DNA of 62,960 nt, counting the filler, from Sluysia triapertura (taxonomy: Eukaryota), in the NCBI GenBank assembly GCA_046118255.1. It is 5 parts of 5 records of this genome, joined end to end, with 100 filler letters (N's around TTAATTAATTAA, not from the genome) between each part and the next. Parts side by side here need not be neighbours in the genome. Positions count along the whole stretch, not along the records: positions 51,410 to 62,960 come from JBJNIA010183435.1; 4 more parts are not named here. One strand, given 5' to 3'. Positions 51,410-62,960 of the stretch are shown piece after piece. Below the pieces are notes generated by a model, which was given only the letters and a program-made list of their open reading frames with translations, did not search any database and was not told the origin of the DNA. Made by a program: the position numbers and the translations under genes. Each line of letters begins with the position of its first letter. The first letter of the stretch is position 1.

Positions 51410-53088
51410 GAATTTAAATTTTGTAATTTTTATGGCTCTCATTTAAGAAAACTTTATCCATTTGAAATGCCACTTCAAAAAAAGAAGGGAGTCGATCACG
51501 AATATATTCAAACCCCTGTTGAACCGGTAGATCGAGGCTTGTATGGGGTGAGTGCACAGTGCACGGGGGCCTATGGCGGGATCATTGTCATGTGTTTGTT
51601 TATTGCTGTTAAATTAACTCGTAAAGAATTGTGTAATGTTAAAAGAGATGTAATGAAAGCACTCGACTGTATTATGTCTCTATCAACACCTGTTCAATAC
51701 TTGCATTATTTTATATCATTAGCCATATTCATTTGTTGCTGCTGCCACGTGTTGTTTGGCCAATCACCGTGCCATGAATTTACACGTGAAGATGTATTGC
51801 TCATGTAAGACTTTTTTATGCAAGGAAATTCTGTGTCGTGAAATAAAAACCACTGTGGATGTACACAAATTCTATTCAAATAAAATTACATTTTGTTACT
51901 TTTATCGCCCTCAGCAATTTAATGGAAATAATTTGAAGTGCTTTAAGCACAAGTTTTGTAATAGTAATAATCAAAAACTTTATAAAGCATATAAATTTTC
52001 TAAGCTAAAATAGGATATTTTTAATGTATATAAAAATATAAACACAATAAAATTAATAGTAATAAAATAAACGATTGATGGCCTTATTTAAATTAGATCT
52101 TGGCGCATTGCTGCAATACGATTCTACGCACGTCCGAGAACCTACATTTCATCAGTAAAGGAAGAAAAATACATAAACACGAAGTTTATAGAGCATTTAA
52201 TATGGTCAATTGAATTATATTTACAATTTTATTAGTTTTGTGCAGTTTATTCGTATGTAAAAACGTTTTAAAATTATAAAATTTTAATTAACAAATGTAC
52301 TTGTTAATTAAAACTTAGTCAATGTTTTCCACTAATGACTCCATTTATGTAATGATCATAATTGTTTTCCGATTATTATGTTCAATGATTTTAATCGATT
52401 TTCTAGGAATTGGCGCGTCCTATGTCTTTTATTTACAAATGGACAAAGACACTTGTAAATTTGACGATGTGTTCTACTTGCAATTAAATTTTACCAATTT
52501 TACATTTCAAATTTGGGATTAATTTAGCTCCAAACGTATCAAATCATTCCCTTCAATTACGTTAATAGGTTTTATTTACTATATAAAGCTGCAATTTTTT
52601 GACTATTTTCATTTAATCAGCAGCTTCCAATGGAGGTAAGTTACTTTGTGGAAAACAAGTAGTTTACTTTAAAATATAATTTATTTATCTTTTCTGTTCT
52701 TTTTTTTCGTTGTGTTTTCTATTATACTTACTTATTATCTTGTAAGTTTCTATGATCTTTTATTACGCATACATTTCATATTTACCTATGCACGCGCACA
52801 CATTCATTTACATGATAATAATTTTACGTATATCTTTTTTTAGATTATTGAAAACAAACTAATGGAGCTAATAAACACCAAAGAAGAAGATAAACAGGCC
52901 AGAATTCTAAAAGAACTAATATTTATTTATTTAATATTTATTTTTTTAAAAATATTACTTCAATAAGATAAATTTCAATATAAGTTAAAAAATCAAATAC
53001 AATATATTAAAGAAAACTAATTATAAAATAAAAAGGTAATATCACAGTTTTTATAAATATAGTTGTTAAATTAGTGACCATTAATGAG

Positions 53089-53209
53089 TCAGGAATTCTC
53101 ATTTGATGAATTATCACCACCTCTATTCACTATGTGCGGAAAATCTTCATTACTTTTAAAATTAGACAACCGTTGCTGTCTTCGCCAAGGTGCACCGTTC
53201 AAAACAAAC
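53089..53209 (-). CDS. Probable terminal exon of a vigilin (HDLBP)-like gene
   Basis: After an acceptor ctccag (phase 2) it reads FVLNGAPWRRQQRLSNFKSNEDFPHIVNRGGDNSSNENS*, resembling the vigilin C-terminus (GFVV..APW....S.EEFP). No upstream KH exons were identified. Confidence 0.45.
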
Positions 53210-53374
53210 CTGGAGTTAGTTTTAATAGATTAAGTGGAGTGATATAACTTTAGCCTTTATTACTTTAACTTTGTCTAGCAAATCAATTACTGTTTTAGCT
53301 AAATAATCACAACATTAATCCTCAATTTTACATAATTAGCGATGTTGAAATATATGATACTTTCTATCACTTAA

Positions 53375-53607
53375 CCCTTTGACTACCAATGGGACGATGG
53401 GTCCCACGGAAACTATGTACTATATCAGTGGATTAAAAGTAGCTTTAAACAGCCTAACAGGTCGTCCCAATGGTTGTTTAGTGTTTATTGAATGACGTGA
53501 AATCAGCTGGTCGGTTACATTTTTTCAATTATGCCATAGCCATAAGTTATTAGCCAATTAAGTTAATATTATAAAATGGGACCAAAAAAGGTTTGGTAGT
53601 GAAAGGG
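53375..53607. mobile_element. piggyBac-type MITE (233 bp)
   Basis: TTAA target duplications on both sides; 15-bp TIRs ccctttgactaccaa / ttggtagtgaaaggg (1 mismatch). Confidence 0.9.
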
Positions 53608-53726
53608 TTAAACACCTTCAAAATATTTTTACAGAAACTATAAAGTCTATTAATAATTTGATTTTTTAAAATTCAATTTTAAAATTTTAGCGCTGCGAGT
53701 TTTTAGTTTTAGGTGCTTAAATGCCT

Positions 53727-53765
<39 letters not shown>
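53727..53765. repeat. (AAT)n microsatellite
   Basis: Directly visible. Confidence 0.9.
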
Positions 53766-54413
53766 GGCTAATTAATAATAATTATACAGAAATGAAGACT
53801 TTTATACCTACTAAAAATTTCTACAAAATGCCTTAATGCTTACATAACTCTTAAAAGGTATTATAAAGGTGCCGGCCCCGCATTAACACGGGCTTTATCA
53901 AATAGCCTATTTATTAAAATCGTGTGAAAATCTGATTAAAATGGTCTGTTGTTTAGGAGTTATTTCATTTTATGTACAAAAATGCACGAGTCTTCAAATT
54001 ATGTACGTAAAGTTTCCAGAAAAATAGCCGGCCCTTTAAGTATTAAAAACCGGATTACTAATTTTCCCTGTAATCATGTATGACATCAATAGGGATATCT
54101 TTTAAACGCTTATGATAAAACAACACTATACACAAGAATATTGGGATAAAGTATTATATTTTTAAGATTTTTGTTATTTAACACTGAAAGTTTCGAGCAT
54201 TTTTAAATTCCTTAGTTTAGTGGTACAAATCAATCAAACATTCGCAAAAAATTTGAACACAATAAAAATGAATCTACAAATATTTTATTTTGCAAAAATT
54301 GATTACAAGAGGATTCACACAGATATATTTTTTCCCCAAACTTTAAATTATTTTAAGTTGATTTCGTTTAAGACAAACTGTACCTAAACAGTGTCATAAA
54401 TATTAAGCAAGAC

Positions 54414-55865
54414 TTAATATATAAGATATTTTGTTTTTTGGTGGGGTTGTTGTAATGGCCGTATGGTAAAAGTGGCTATATTTAAGTTTAAATTTAAAAT
54501 CGTCATTAAGGAAGAATAAGACTTAAGGTCTTGTAAAAGGTTATGATTATCAACGTTGTTATTAATCGACAAAATAAATTTAAAATAACGAGTACAATTG
54601 ATATATTTCACAAAAAATTTACTATTTATATAAAAATATAAAATCATATGAGTAGGATCATGCGTTACAAAGTACATTAAAAAGTTACTAGTTGTTATTA
54701 AATCAGAAACATAAATAACTTGAACATGATTAAAAAAAAAAGATAAAATTGAAAAGTTTAATGAACTTGGCTCGAAATGGGGTCGTATAATGAAAGTTTT
54801 AGCATAAAAAATAATATAGTCTACTATCTTATTGTAATCTTTAGTCGATGGAAACGTCTTTAAGTTTAAGCTATCATGTTGTATAACTTTATTGCGATTT
54901 TTTAAATTGATTTGAAAATCATTTAATCTAAAATGTGGTATAGTAATATTACGAGATATAGTTACATTTTTAAAATCTGACTCAAGGTCTTCGCTATGTT
55001 CTCTAAAGTAAAAATCATTTGGGTTAGGTAAGTTATAATCTTTTTTAAAGTAACATTTGAGTAAAATTTCGATTACAACTATTTCATGTACATGATGATC
55101 ATCATGGTTTACTTTATCGAATAAGTTTTCACTAACACCTTGATCTATGTGAAATACAAAAGGTTCCTTAGCACTTAGACTATCAACTACAATTATTTTA
55201 TGATCAAAATTGATAAAAATAGTATACATTAATACTTTAAAATTCGACTCGGTTACAGCATTAAAAAAAAACGAGTAAAACAGACCTTCGGATGCAAAAT
55301 TCAAATTCAAAAATAGAATATCAAATATAAATATTGTATGAACATAATTACCGACAAGTTCATATTTGCTGACAACCATTCCATAAACGTCGTGGTCTAA
55401 ATAGATCAGTTCTCGTAGATTCGAAAATCTAAATACTGCTGCATAGCATGTCTCTTTAATGTTTATAAACTTTTGGAGTATCATGCAAGTATGTTTAAAA
55501 GATAGTTCATTGTCTTCTTCCAAGCTGGAGGCGAAATTTGACATAAATCTAACACCTGAATATTTAAAAATTAAGGAAATTATAATCATCTTACCATCAC
55601 GAAAAGCAAATGTAATGTAGGGAAGTCGCAAGGCGAATCGTATATTAGATTCAGTATGGATCCAAGCAAGTAACATTATTTCTTTTGTGCATACTTCAAA
55701 ATTTAACATAAAATCTAAAAAATCTTTACTTGTATCATCTAATAGAAATATAGTAAGATTCAATCTTGGATAGTACTCATCGATTACAGCTCGAATTTTG
55801 TATTGATATTGACTTAAAAGATTCAACTCGTAATGGCTTGATTTTGGTATTGCTTTTTTATCCAT
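54414..55865 (-). CDS. Intact single-exon 483-aa orphan protein
   Basis: A 1452-nt ATG-to-stop ORF is very unlikely by chance at this AT content. No recognised motif; a decayed paralog lies at 58040-58950. Confidence 0.75.
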   Translation of the reverse strand: MDKKAIPKSSHYELNLLSQYQYKIRAVIDEYYPRLNLTIFLLDDTSKDFLDFMLNFEVCTKEIMLLAWIHTESNIRFALRLPYITFAFRDGKMIIISLIFKYSGVRFMSNFASSLEEDNELSFKHTCMILQKFINIKETCYAAVFRFSNLRELIYLDHDVYGMVVSKYELVGNYVHTIFIFDILFLNLNFASEGLFYSFFFNAVTESNFKVLMYTIFINFDHKIIVVDSLSAKEPFVFHIDQGVSENLFDKVNHDDHHVHEIVVIEILLKCYFKKDYNLPNPNDFYFREHSEDLESDFKNVTISRNITIPHFRLNDFQINLKNRNKVIQHDSLNLKTFPSTKDYNKIVDYIIFYAKTFIIRPHFEPSSLNFSILSFFFNHVQVIYVSDLITTSNFLMYFVTHDPTHMILYFYINSKFFVKYINCTRYFKFILSINNNVDNHNLLQDLKSYSSLMTILNLNLNIATFTIRPLQQPHQKTKYLIY

Positions 55866-56794
55866 AATACATCTTTTCTTTTATGTGTTATATACACGTT
55901 ATTAGAGTAGTCAATGAAAAACAACTGCTTATTATTTTGCTTTAAAATTTAATTTTTGCTACTAAACTAATTTACACGTATAGCTTTTTCAAAAGTTTTC
56001 CACCCTCAACCAATATTCAAACAAATTGACATAATAACGAAAAATAGTAAAAAAAATAACAAAGATAATAAAAATTAATAATAATAAAATAAAGTAAAAA
56101 ATAATAATAAAATAATAGTAGAAATAATAAATGATAATAAAGATTATAATAAAAATTAATAGTAATAAAATAAAGTAAAAAAAATAGTAATAAAATAATA
56201 AAAATAATAATAATAGTAATAAAAATAAAAATAAAAAATAAAAATAAAAATAATATCATTTCTGTAAACAAAATTGGGAGATTTATTTGAAACTATTAGA
56301 ATTATTGTAGTTATTATTAATCAATTAGCATTGTATTTACAAAATGATTTAATTTGATTTCATAACTGTAAGATACCTATGTGAATCATAATGACACAGA
56401 AATAGAATAAAAATATAAAAACTACACTAGAGTAATATATTTATATGGGACAATATTGACGATTTGAATGTGCTGATAAATATAATTTATTATAGAATAT
56501 TACATGAATTTCAAAGGGTTATAGTTTATTTAAGTAATGATATATTAATGTAGAGTGTAATGGATGTTAATGTTGTGTATTGAGATTAAGGTAGGTACAA
56601 CACTACACTTTTCAAGTCCAAATTGTCAACTAAAAATTATCTCCCTTACGTGGAAATTTAAAATACCCTCAAAATATCATTGCATTTGCTCCTAGTTTGA
56701 GCTAGGATTAAATTTATTGATTTAGTATTAAGTCATTTGCTTAATATATATATTCTATTGTTGTATTTGTTTTTCTGTCATCTAAATATACATT

Positions 56795-56841
<47 letters not shown>

Positions 56842-56843
56842 TT
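56795..56843. repeat. (TTTA)n microsatellite
   Basis: Directly visible. Confidence 0.9.
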
Positions 56844-56999
56844 ACTTGTCTTAGAATTATAAAGGATTAATATAGACAAAGTTAAAGTTAAGGCAAATAA
56901 TATTAAAAGATTTCTAGAAATTAGATCATAAATTGCACATTGGGAATAAGACATGAATAAAATTACAATAGAATAATTCAAAAAGAATATGTAAATACA

Positions 57000-57800
57000 T
57001 TAGAAAGTCGATAATGAACGATAAGTTTAACGCAAAAAGAAATAATCTAAAGGTGAAATAAATTAATCACTCGAAGGGTAATATGATAATATTTCAAGGA
57101 TTAAAAAGATTGAGTTGATTTAAGTTTCTGACTTGTAAATCCTATAAGAATGTTTCCTTTAAGGTACAAACGTTTATTATGGGAGAACCTGTTTTTAAGT
57201 ATTTTATAAGAAATTTTCAAATTAAATAAAGATTTTTTATAAAAGATTATATTCGAGTAAACAAGGAGCTCATTGTTTATGTAAATTTCATCTGTAAAGT
57301 TATATTTATTCAATGATTTAGTGTACCATTTCATTACCTCCGAAAACTATTATTTGCCTGTAAAACTATATTTATTTATCGTCATGAATATAAATTGTTT
57401 AATATATATTTGAAACTTTGTTTAGTAAATTATTTAGTCTAATAAATTCGTTTTCATAGTACTATAGATGATTTGTAATAGCTTCTATAGCACCCACTTA
57501 TTAAAATGTATCTATGGAATAAACGCTAATAATTTATTCTGCTAATTAATCCAATACTACGTGAGTACTGTGCGGTATTCTAAAGACAAAATCTATAAAA
57601 ATGTTGTATTACCATTGAAATTCGTAGTTTTTAGAATAAAAAACTTAAACACTCTAGACAAACATCAGCATATGCTAACTCACTTCTTATAAATAAAATT
57701 CTGAACGAGTTTCAACGCAGTCTAATACAAAATATCAAATCAGCAAACAAATATATGAAACACATTTTAACTACACATTTTAACTATTACATAGCTTTAC
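57000..57800 (+). mobile_element. Highly decayed non-LTR RT fragment
   Basis: VNKE/KQGA (GVPQGS-like) near 57255 followed by FNDL..LFA near 57310-57360, in RT motif order. Many stops. Confidence 0.3.
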
Positions 57801-58039
57801 AATCAAAATTTATCATATTTGTTTAAATTACTTGGTGTTTTTCTTAATCTAAAAACCTAACCTACAGTATACGACCTACTAATGGCGTACCTGTAAAAAT
57901 TACGTGAAAACAATTATAAAAATTAATCGTACAAAAATATTCTTTGCCTTAACTTAACAATAATGACAAAATCGTCTTATACTGAATGACTTGAAAAAAT
58001 AATCACGACCAACGCTAGCTCGTAAACTTATATTACAAA

Positions 58040-58950
58040 TTAGAATGCACTTTAAAATAGTTTATTCAATTCAAAAAATTACCATTAGTATATCAAAAAT
58101 AAGACTTTGGGTGGTGAGTTAATCTATGTTGTAATGTACAGTTAAAATCCTTGAAGGTTTTGGATGTTATTATGAAAGATTTAAAATCTATATTAAGATA
58201 TGACCTTAATGATTTGAGATCGTAAAAGCAATGTCGATCTATTTTTGATGACGAGTTAATGACAAAGTTTGAATTTCTAGTTTCGGGTCTAAGAGATATC
58301 TCAATTATGATGTGAGTCGAGTTTTGTATGACGAACTAACAGATAACTAAATAAGACATTATTAAACTACACGTCTTGTATACTGATATGTGTATGCATT
58401 TATTTATCAACAGAATTTGATCTTTAGTATCTTTATAAAACGTTATTTTACAATTCAAATTAACTTTTGTAGTAATGTTCTTATAACTATAAGAAATTAT
58501 TTCTTTCAAAATTAACAAACTTAATATATATACATTAATTTCAGAACTAAGTAAAGAAATATTAGATAGAACACATTTATTATATGAAACTTCAATTTTA
58601 AGGTTTATAATGCAACTTTTTCTTGCGACTTCTTTGGCCGATATCACAACCGGTTGCATTTCGTGAACTAAAGAAATAAAAATCAAAGAGTATATGGAAT
58701 AAAAACTCACATTAGATGTTCTGATGTTGACAATAATATTAATCATTCATCCATCTAGCGATTTATCCATTGATAACTTGTATTGTGGTAACATATCTAA
58801 GTACTGACACTGTATTATTATAATCATCTCGTTGACTAATACTAAATGCATCTCGTAATGACAAATTTTGAAATTGACTGGATCATTAAAATTCACCTTT
58901 TTGCGAACCGTTAACGCTATTATAAATGTTTTCACTTTCATGATTCTTAT
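58040..58950 (-). pseudogene. Decayed paralog of the 483-aa orphan ORF
   Basis: Reading through the TAG at 58336 gives HISVYKTCSLIMSYLVIC*FVIQNSTHIII...FYDLKSLRSY. This aligns with HVQVIYVSDLITTSNFLMYFVTHDPTHMIL...LQDLKSYSSL of the 54414-55865 protein. Confidence 0.55.
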
Positions 58951-59526
58951 TCAAACAATGTTTGTACCAGTTTTTCCTTCATTTTATGATTTTATATTTT
59001 TTCATTCGTCTCCAGATCCACAGTTTGTCAATCCCAACAATTTCACAAGCGGAAATATTATTGAAGCAGTTTTTACTTTTGCTGTAAGAAGGCTGATTCA
59101 ATGCAGTAGCGGCTAATACTGACTGAATCTTATATATCTTCAGATTTTAACTTTAAGCTAATTTATTTGTGGTTTGTTCATTTATTTTTAATTGGGTACT
59201 AACATTTATATATGTTATGTGACCCCGAGATTAAGTATTATAATCGATTTTTATTTATTGAATTATTTTGTGGTTGATTAATAATATACTGTAATTAATT
59301 GTCGTAAAAAGACTGAGTTATACTGAGCTAATTATTATAGGTTTTCTGTTAAAGTTAATACATATTGAAATTGAGAATCATTAATTGTGTTTTATAATTA
59401 TCGTTGTTAATTTAATTTATACTAAAATTATAAGACATAACAATAGTTTTGACAGACAGGCCTAAATAAGTGTCATTTAGAATAATGATAATGTAATTGA
59501 CTATAATAAAATAAAATTGTTAGACG

Positions 59527-59607
59527 AGGCTGATAGGTCAGTGGCCAGATCATCAAACTGCACAGCTGTGAGGTAAGAGAGCCGGAGTTTGAATCCCCGC
59601 CAGCCCA
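59527..59607 (+). other. tRNA-derived sequence (SINE head or tRNA pseudogene)
   Basis: A-box TAGGTCAGTGG, D-stem GGTC/GATC, B-box-like GAGTTTGAATCC and acceptor pairing GGCTG/CAGCC. The anticodon arm is malformed (possible GCA). Confidence 0.6.
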
Positions 59608-60039
59608 TTTAATGATGTCTAACAACAGCATGTCTACGATTATTAATATATCGTTTCAGAGTTGTTTTACTTTTTCTTTTTATCAAGAAACCGTCGACGT
59701 AGATTGAAACATAATGACGTAATTTGCAAACAACATAACTAAGTTGGTCTTTAATAAAATAATTTATGAACTTATAAATCGGTAACTTTTCTGAAATTGT
59801 TTTATTGCTTGGGGATACTAATTTTTTATTTTTAAATTCAATGTATCAGTTTCATGTTCCCCATGAGTATCTTTAAATTCGTTGTCTTTCTTCAAATTGT
59901 CGTCAGCTACATGGATTCTTGTTCTTGGCACTAGTATAAATCATTTTTGTCATTTTAATTATTTTAACTCATTATGGGAATTACAAAGCCCCTATAATTA
60001 ATATAATTTGAATTAATATAATTTAAATATATGTATTAG

Positions 60040-60111
60040 CACATTATGAGCGGGGCGGGTATTATTACCCGTTTTATATACTGTCACTTAAGAATACCCG
60101 CTCATAATGTG
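60040..60111. mobile_element. 72-bp piggyBac-like MITE
   Basis: Perfect 15-bp TIRs cacattatgagcggg / cccgctcataatgtg, flanked by ttag and ttaa. Confidence 0.75.
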
Positions 60112-62309
60112 TTAACATGTAAATTTAAAAATCAACAAAAGTGCATCCAACAATTAAGTATCTAAACAATATTACATTTGACACCCATGACATTGAAATA
60201 CTCTTATTACTCTTATTTTTTATTGATGAATTTGTATTTCGACTTGACGATATATATCCTTAAATTATTGTTAATATTACGCTCAGATAATTTTGATAAA
60301 GATTTTTGGAAATGTGGTCGTTACTGAAACTTGAATTTAAATTGTTGTTATTTAAATAGCAAAATAAATGTTGATTTGGAATCTGGTAATTTTTGATGTG
60401 CAAGATCTAAAATAATTTTATTCACTGAATTCACGGATTTGCTTTTGTACAATTATTGGTAATATATATTAATAAGAGGTTATTGGGAATTTGTTATGAT
60501 ATTCCCAACTTGCGTAATGGAGATTGTATAGTTGAAATTAGATTGAAATATTGTTATTTTAGAGTCTGTATGTTTCTGAGACGTTTTTGTAAATAATGAT
60601 TGTACTGATGGTGCGTAGCTGACAATGAAACAATAAAGCAATCATGTAATTGGTGTAAATTGTGATTTACTATTTTTGATTTAAAGATCTATCGGAAACA
60701 TTTTCATGTATAAGATTTTGTCTAACAAGTTACAAATAGATTTAACTTATCATTATTGAATTTTTACGGTGATGCATTGCAATGTAAGTTTAAATAACTG
60801 AACTGATTAGAATTGCTTTGATTTTGACTGATAACCATGAAAATATAATTACCTGAATTTTGGTACTTTTGTAAATAACAAATATTTGAATTATTTGATG
60901 AAGTAAAGCCTAACGACAAAGTAAATTTGTAACAACATAAAGGTAATTCGCTCAAAAGTCAGTTAAACTTATACTTATTGACAGTGATATTATTGGTATC
61001 CTTTTAAAATCCGTAGCCAAAGCGTATGCTATAATTTTGTTAAAAAATCGATAAGAAACTTCACTACAAACCTCTATATAAAAATTGATATTAAAAGATT
61101 TTGATGTAATTGTTGAAATTCGTGAATTAAATTGAAAATTCTACTATGTCGTGCGTGAAGATTTTGTCATTAGTTGATCATGTAATGAACTACACCACCA
61201 CAACACTGTAATTATACATTCATTTATTAATTAATTTCGAAAAAATATTTAGTTAAAATTCGCTTTCACTTCATTAAATACTTTGTTGCTTATTAAATTC
61301 ATAATTCGATACATTTAGTCAAATTAATCACTGTTATGTTCTCGAAATTTTGATCACTCTTAGATTTATTTTTTGTCAATTAATCATTCAATAAATAATC
61401 CAATTAAAATAACTAAGAATGGGAGCAAAATTCTTATTTTTAGTACATTATTAATATACTCAGATATATCGTTTACTATTATTTAAATCGATCCAAAATA
61501 ATTATATATACCATGTTAATAACACTTTAATTTAAATAGTACTTTAATTTTTAAATTTTTTTATATTTTTAAGATTAAAAATAAATTAATAGTTTTTTCG
61601 TAATAACACACAAACTTCAAGATGCTTCTATTTTGCAAAAGGATAATGTATTGCTTGATAAGATTTTCTTCATTTTCATAATGAAAAATGACTTCGACAG
61701 CATATTTCATATTTCAGCCTTATGACTTAAGAAATGATAAGCTGCAGCACATAAATTGACTACCATAAAACTAAATTTTAATTAAGAAAATTAGAAAGTG
61801 GCAACTATATATTACAGAATTGTGCATTGTATATTTTATGAATAAATAATTGAAATATGTGCAATAAAATTCGGTTATAATAAAACATTAAATATAAAAA
61901 TTCATATATTAATTCGTACTTTTATAAAATAAAAATATAAATAAAATTTATTACAAAATAAATGTAACAAATATAATAAAATACATGTAATATTTAATTT
62001 ATTCGAATATCCAGTAAAATCCTAAATAGAAATTTTAAATTAAAATTTTTAACAAATTATACAAATTAAACTTAATGCAGTGGAACCTTATGTATATGTA
62101 GTTATATTTGTATTTGATCTTATGTTTAATATTTAAGTCTATGCATTTTAAAGGTAATTATCATTTGAAATATTTGTAAAAATTGTATTGTAATAAAAAT
62201 GTATTTTGTAAAAGAATTTTAAACTTAATTCTCATTTTTAATAAAAATAATGTTAAAATAATTATTCATCTTAAAATAATTGTTAAAAAAATTACTAAGA
62301 TTATAATGC

Positions 62310-62600
62310 TTTAGTATCACTTCAAAATGAGATTCCATATAGTTAATATGAATTCAAAATTTAATAACAAATAACAATTAAATTTAAAGCGAAAATGTAT
62401 GAATAATCACTTTAAAGTAAGATTCTATAAAGACAATATGAAATTAAAATGTATAAATATCAAACCTTATAGTATGTCAATAATAGTAATATGTAATCAA
62501 AGTTTAAGAGTATTGTAATCTAGTAATACCATTTTAAATTGATATTAAAAAAAATAATATTAAATCAAAACCCAATAATATAAAATTCGAAATTATGAAA
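62310..62600 (+). repeat. Dispersed AT-rich repeat family, copy 3
   Basis: Similar to 8990-9400 and 19910-20160. Confidence 0.6.
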
Positions 62601-62960
62601 GTAAAAACATTGTTTATTACTATTATTTGATTGAATATCTTCAATATAGTATTATAACATAATAACGTAAACAACACTAGAATCAAGTATGTACTAAATG
62701 CAGCAAACTACTATAAAAATTTATTAAAACCTATAGAAAAGCCTACCGAAAGTTTTAATCTTAAACTTCGGGTTCATTATAGGTGAACCCAAAATTATAT
62801 TAAAAAAAATAAATTCGCTAGCAATTATTATACATATAATTTAATGTATAATAATAAATATGTAGCAAAATATTTCACAAGTCCAATTTTGAAAAGTATA
62901 AATATTCTGCACCTGATTTTATTTTATGAACATGATAAATAAATAAATGATAGTATAATG

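Noticed and set aside
51467-52013. GC-richer ORFs after the fourth gap
   Set aside because: No recognisable motif on either strand, so no product can be supported.
56017-56271. Hydrophobic 84-aa ORF resembling a membrane protein
   Set aside because: Translation of low-complexity A-rich repeat DNA.

Overview
Very AT-rich eukaryotic (animal-like) genomic scaffold made of five contigs joined by 100-nt gap spacers (44 N + TTAATTAATTAA + 44 N). Host content: the 5' part of a spliced Erbin/Lap1-type LAP leucine-rich-repeat gene (771-6145), the 5' part of a spliced NME8/NME9-type thioredoxin-NDK gene (30253-37155), a TMEM129-like ORF, an NPC1 pseudogene fragment, a TIS11/ZFP36-type CCCH pseudogene, a probable vigilin terminal exon and an orphan 483-aa ORF with a decayed paralog. 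Introns are either tiny (31-44 nt) or kilobase-sized and filled with transposon remains (piggyBac, Tc1, DD37D/maT-like, NeSL-like). The most striking feature is a decayed Ty3/Gypsy-type LTR retroelement (~41750-49300) with an unusual order: LTR, tRNA-Lys PBS, gag, acidic/AT-hook region, Bcl-2-like domain, chuvirus-like class III fusion glycoprotein, integrase, aspartic protease, then membrane/secreted accessory segments. No RT/RNase H is visible. Its LTR family carries repeated bulged-A hairpins and a covarying stem-loop motif that recurs in five diverged copies across the window. All family assignments come from motif recognition by eye, not from database searches.
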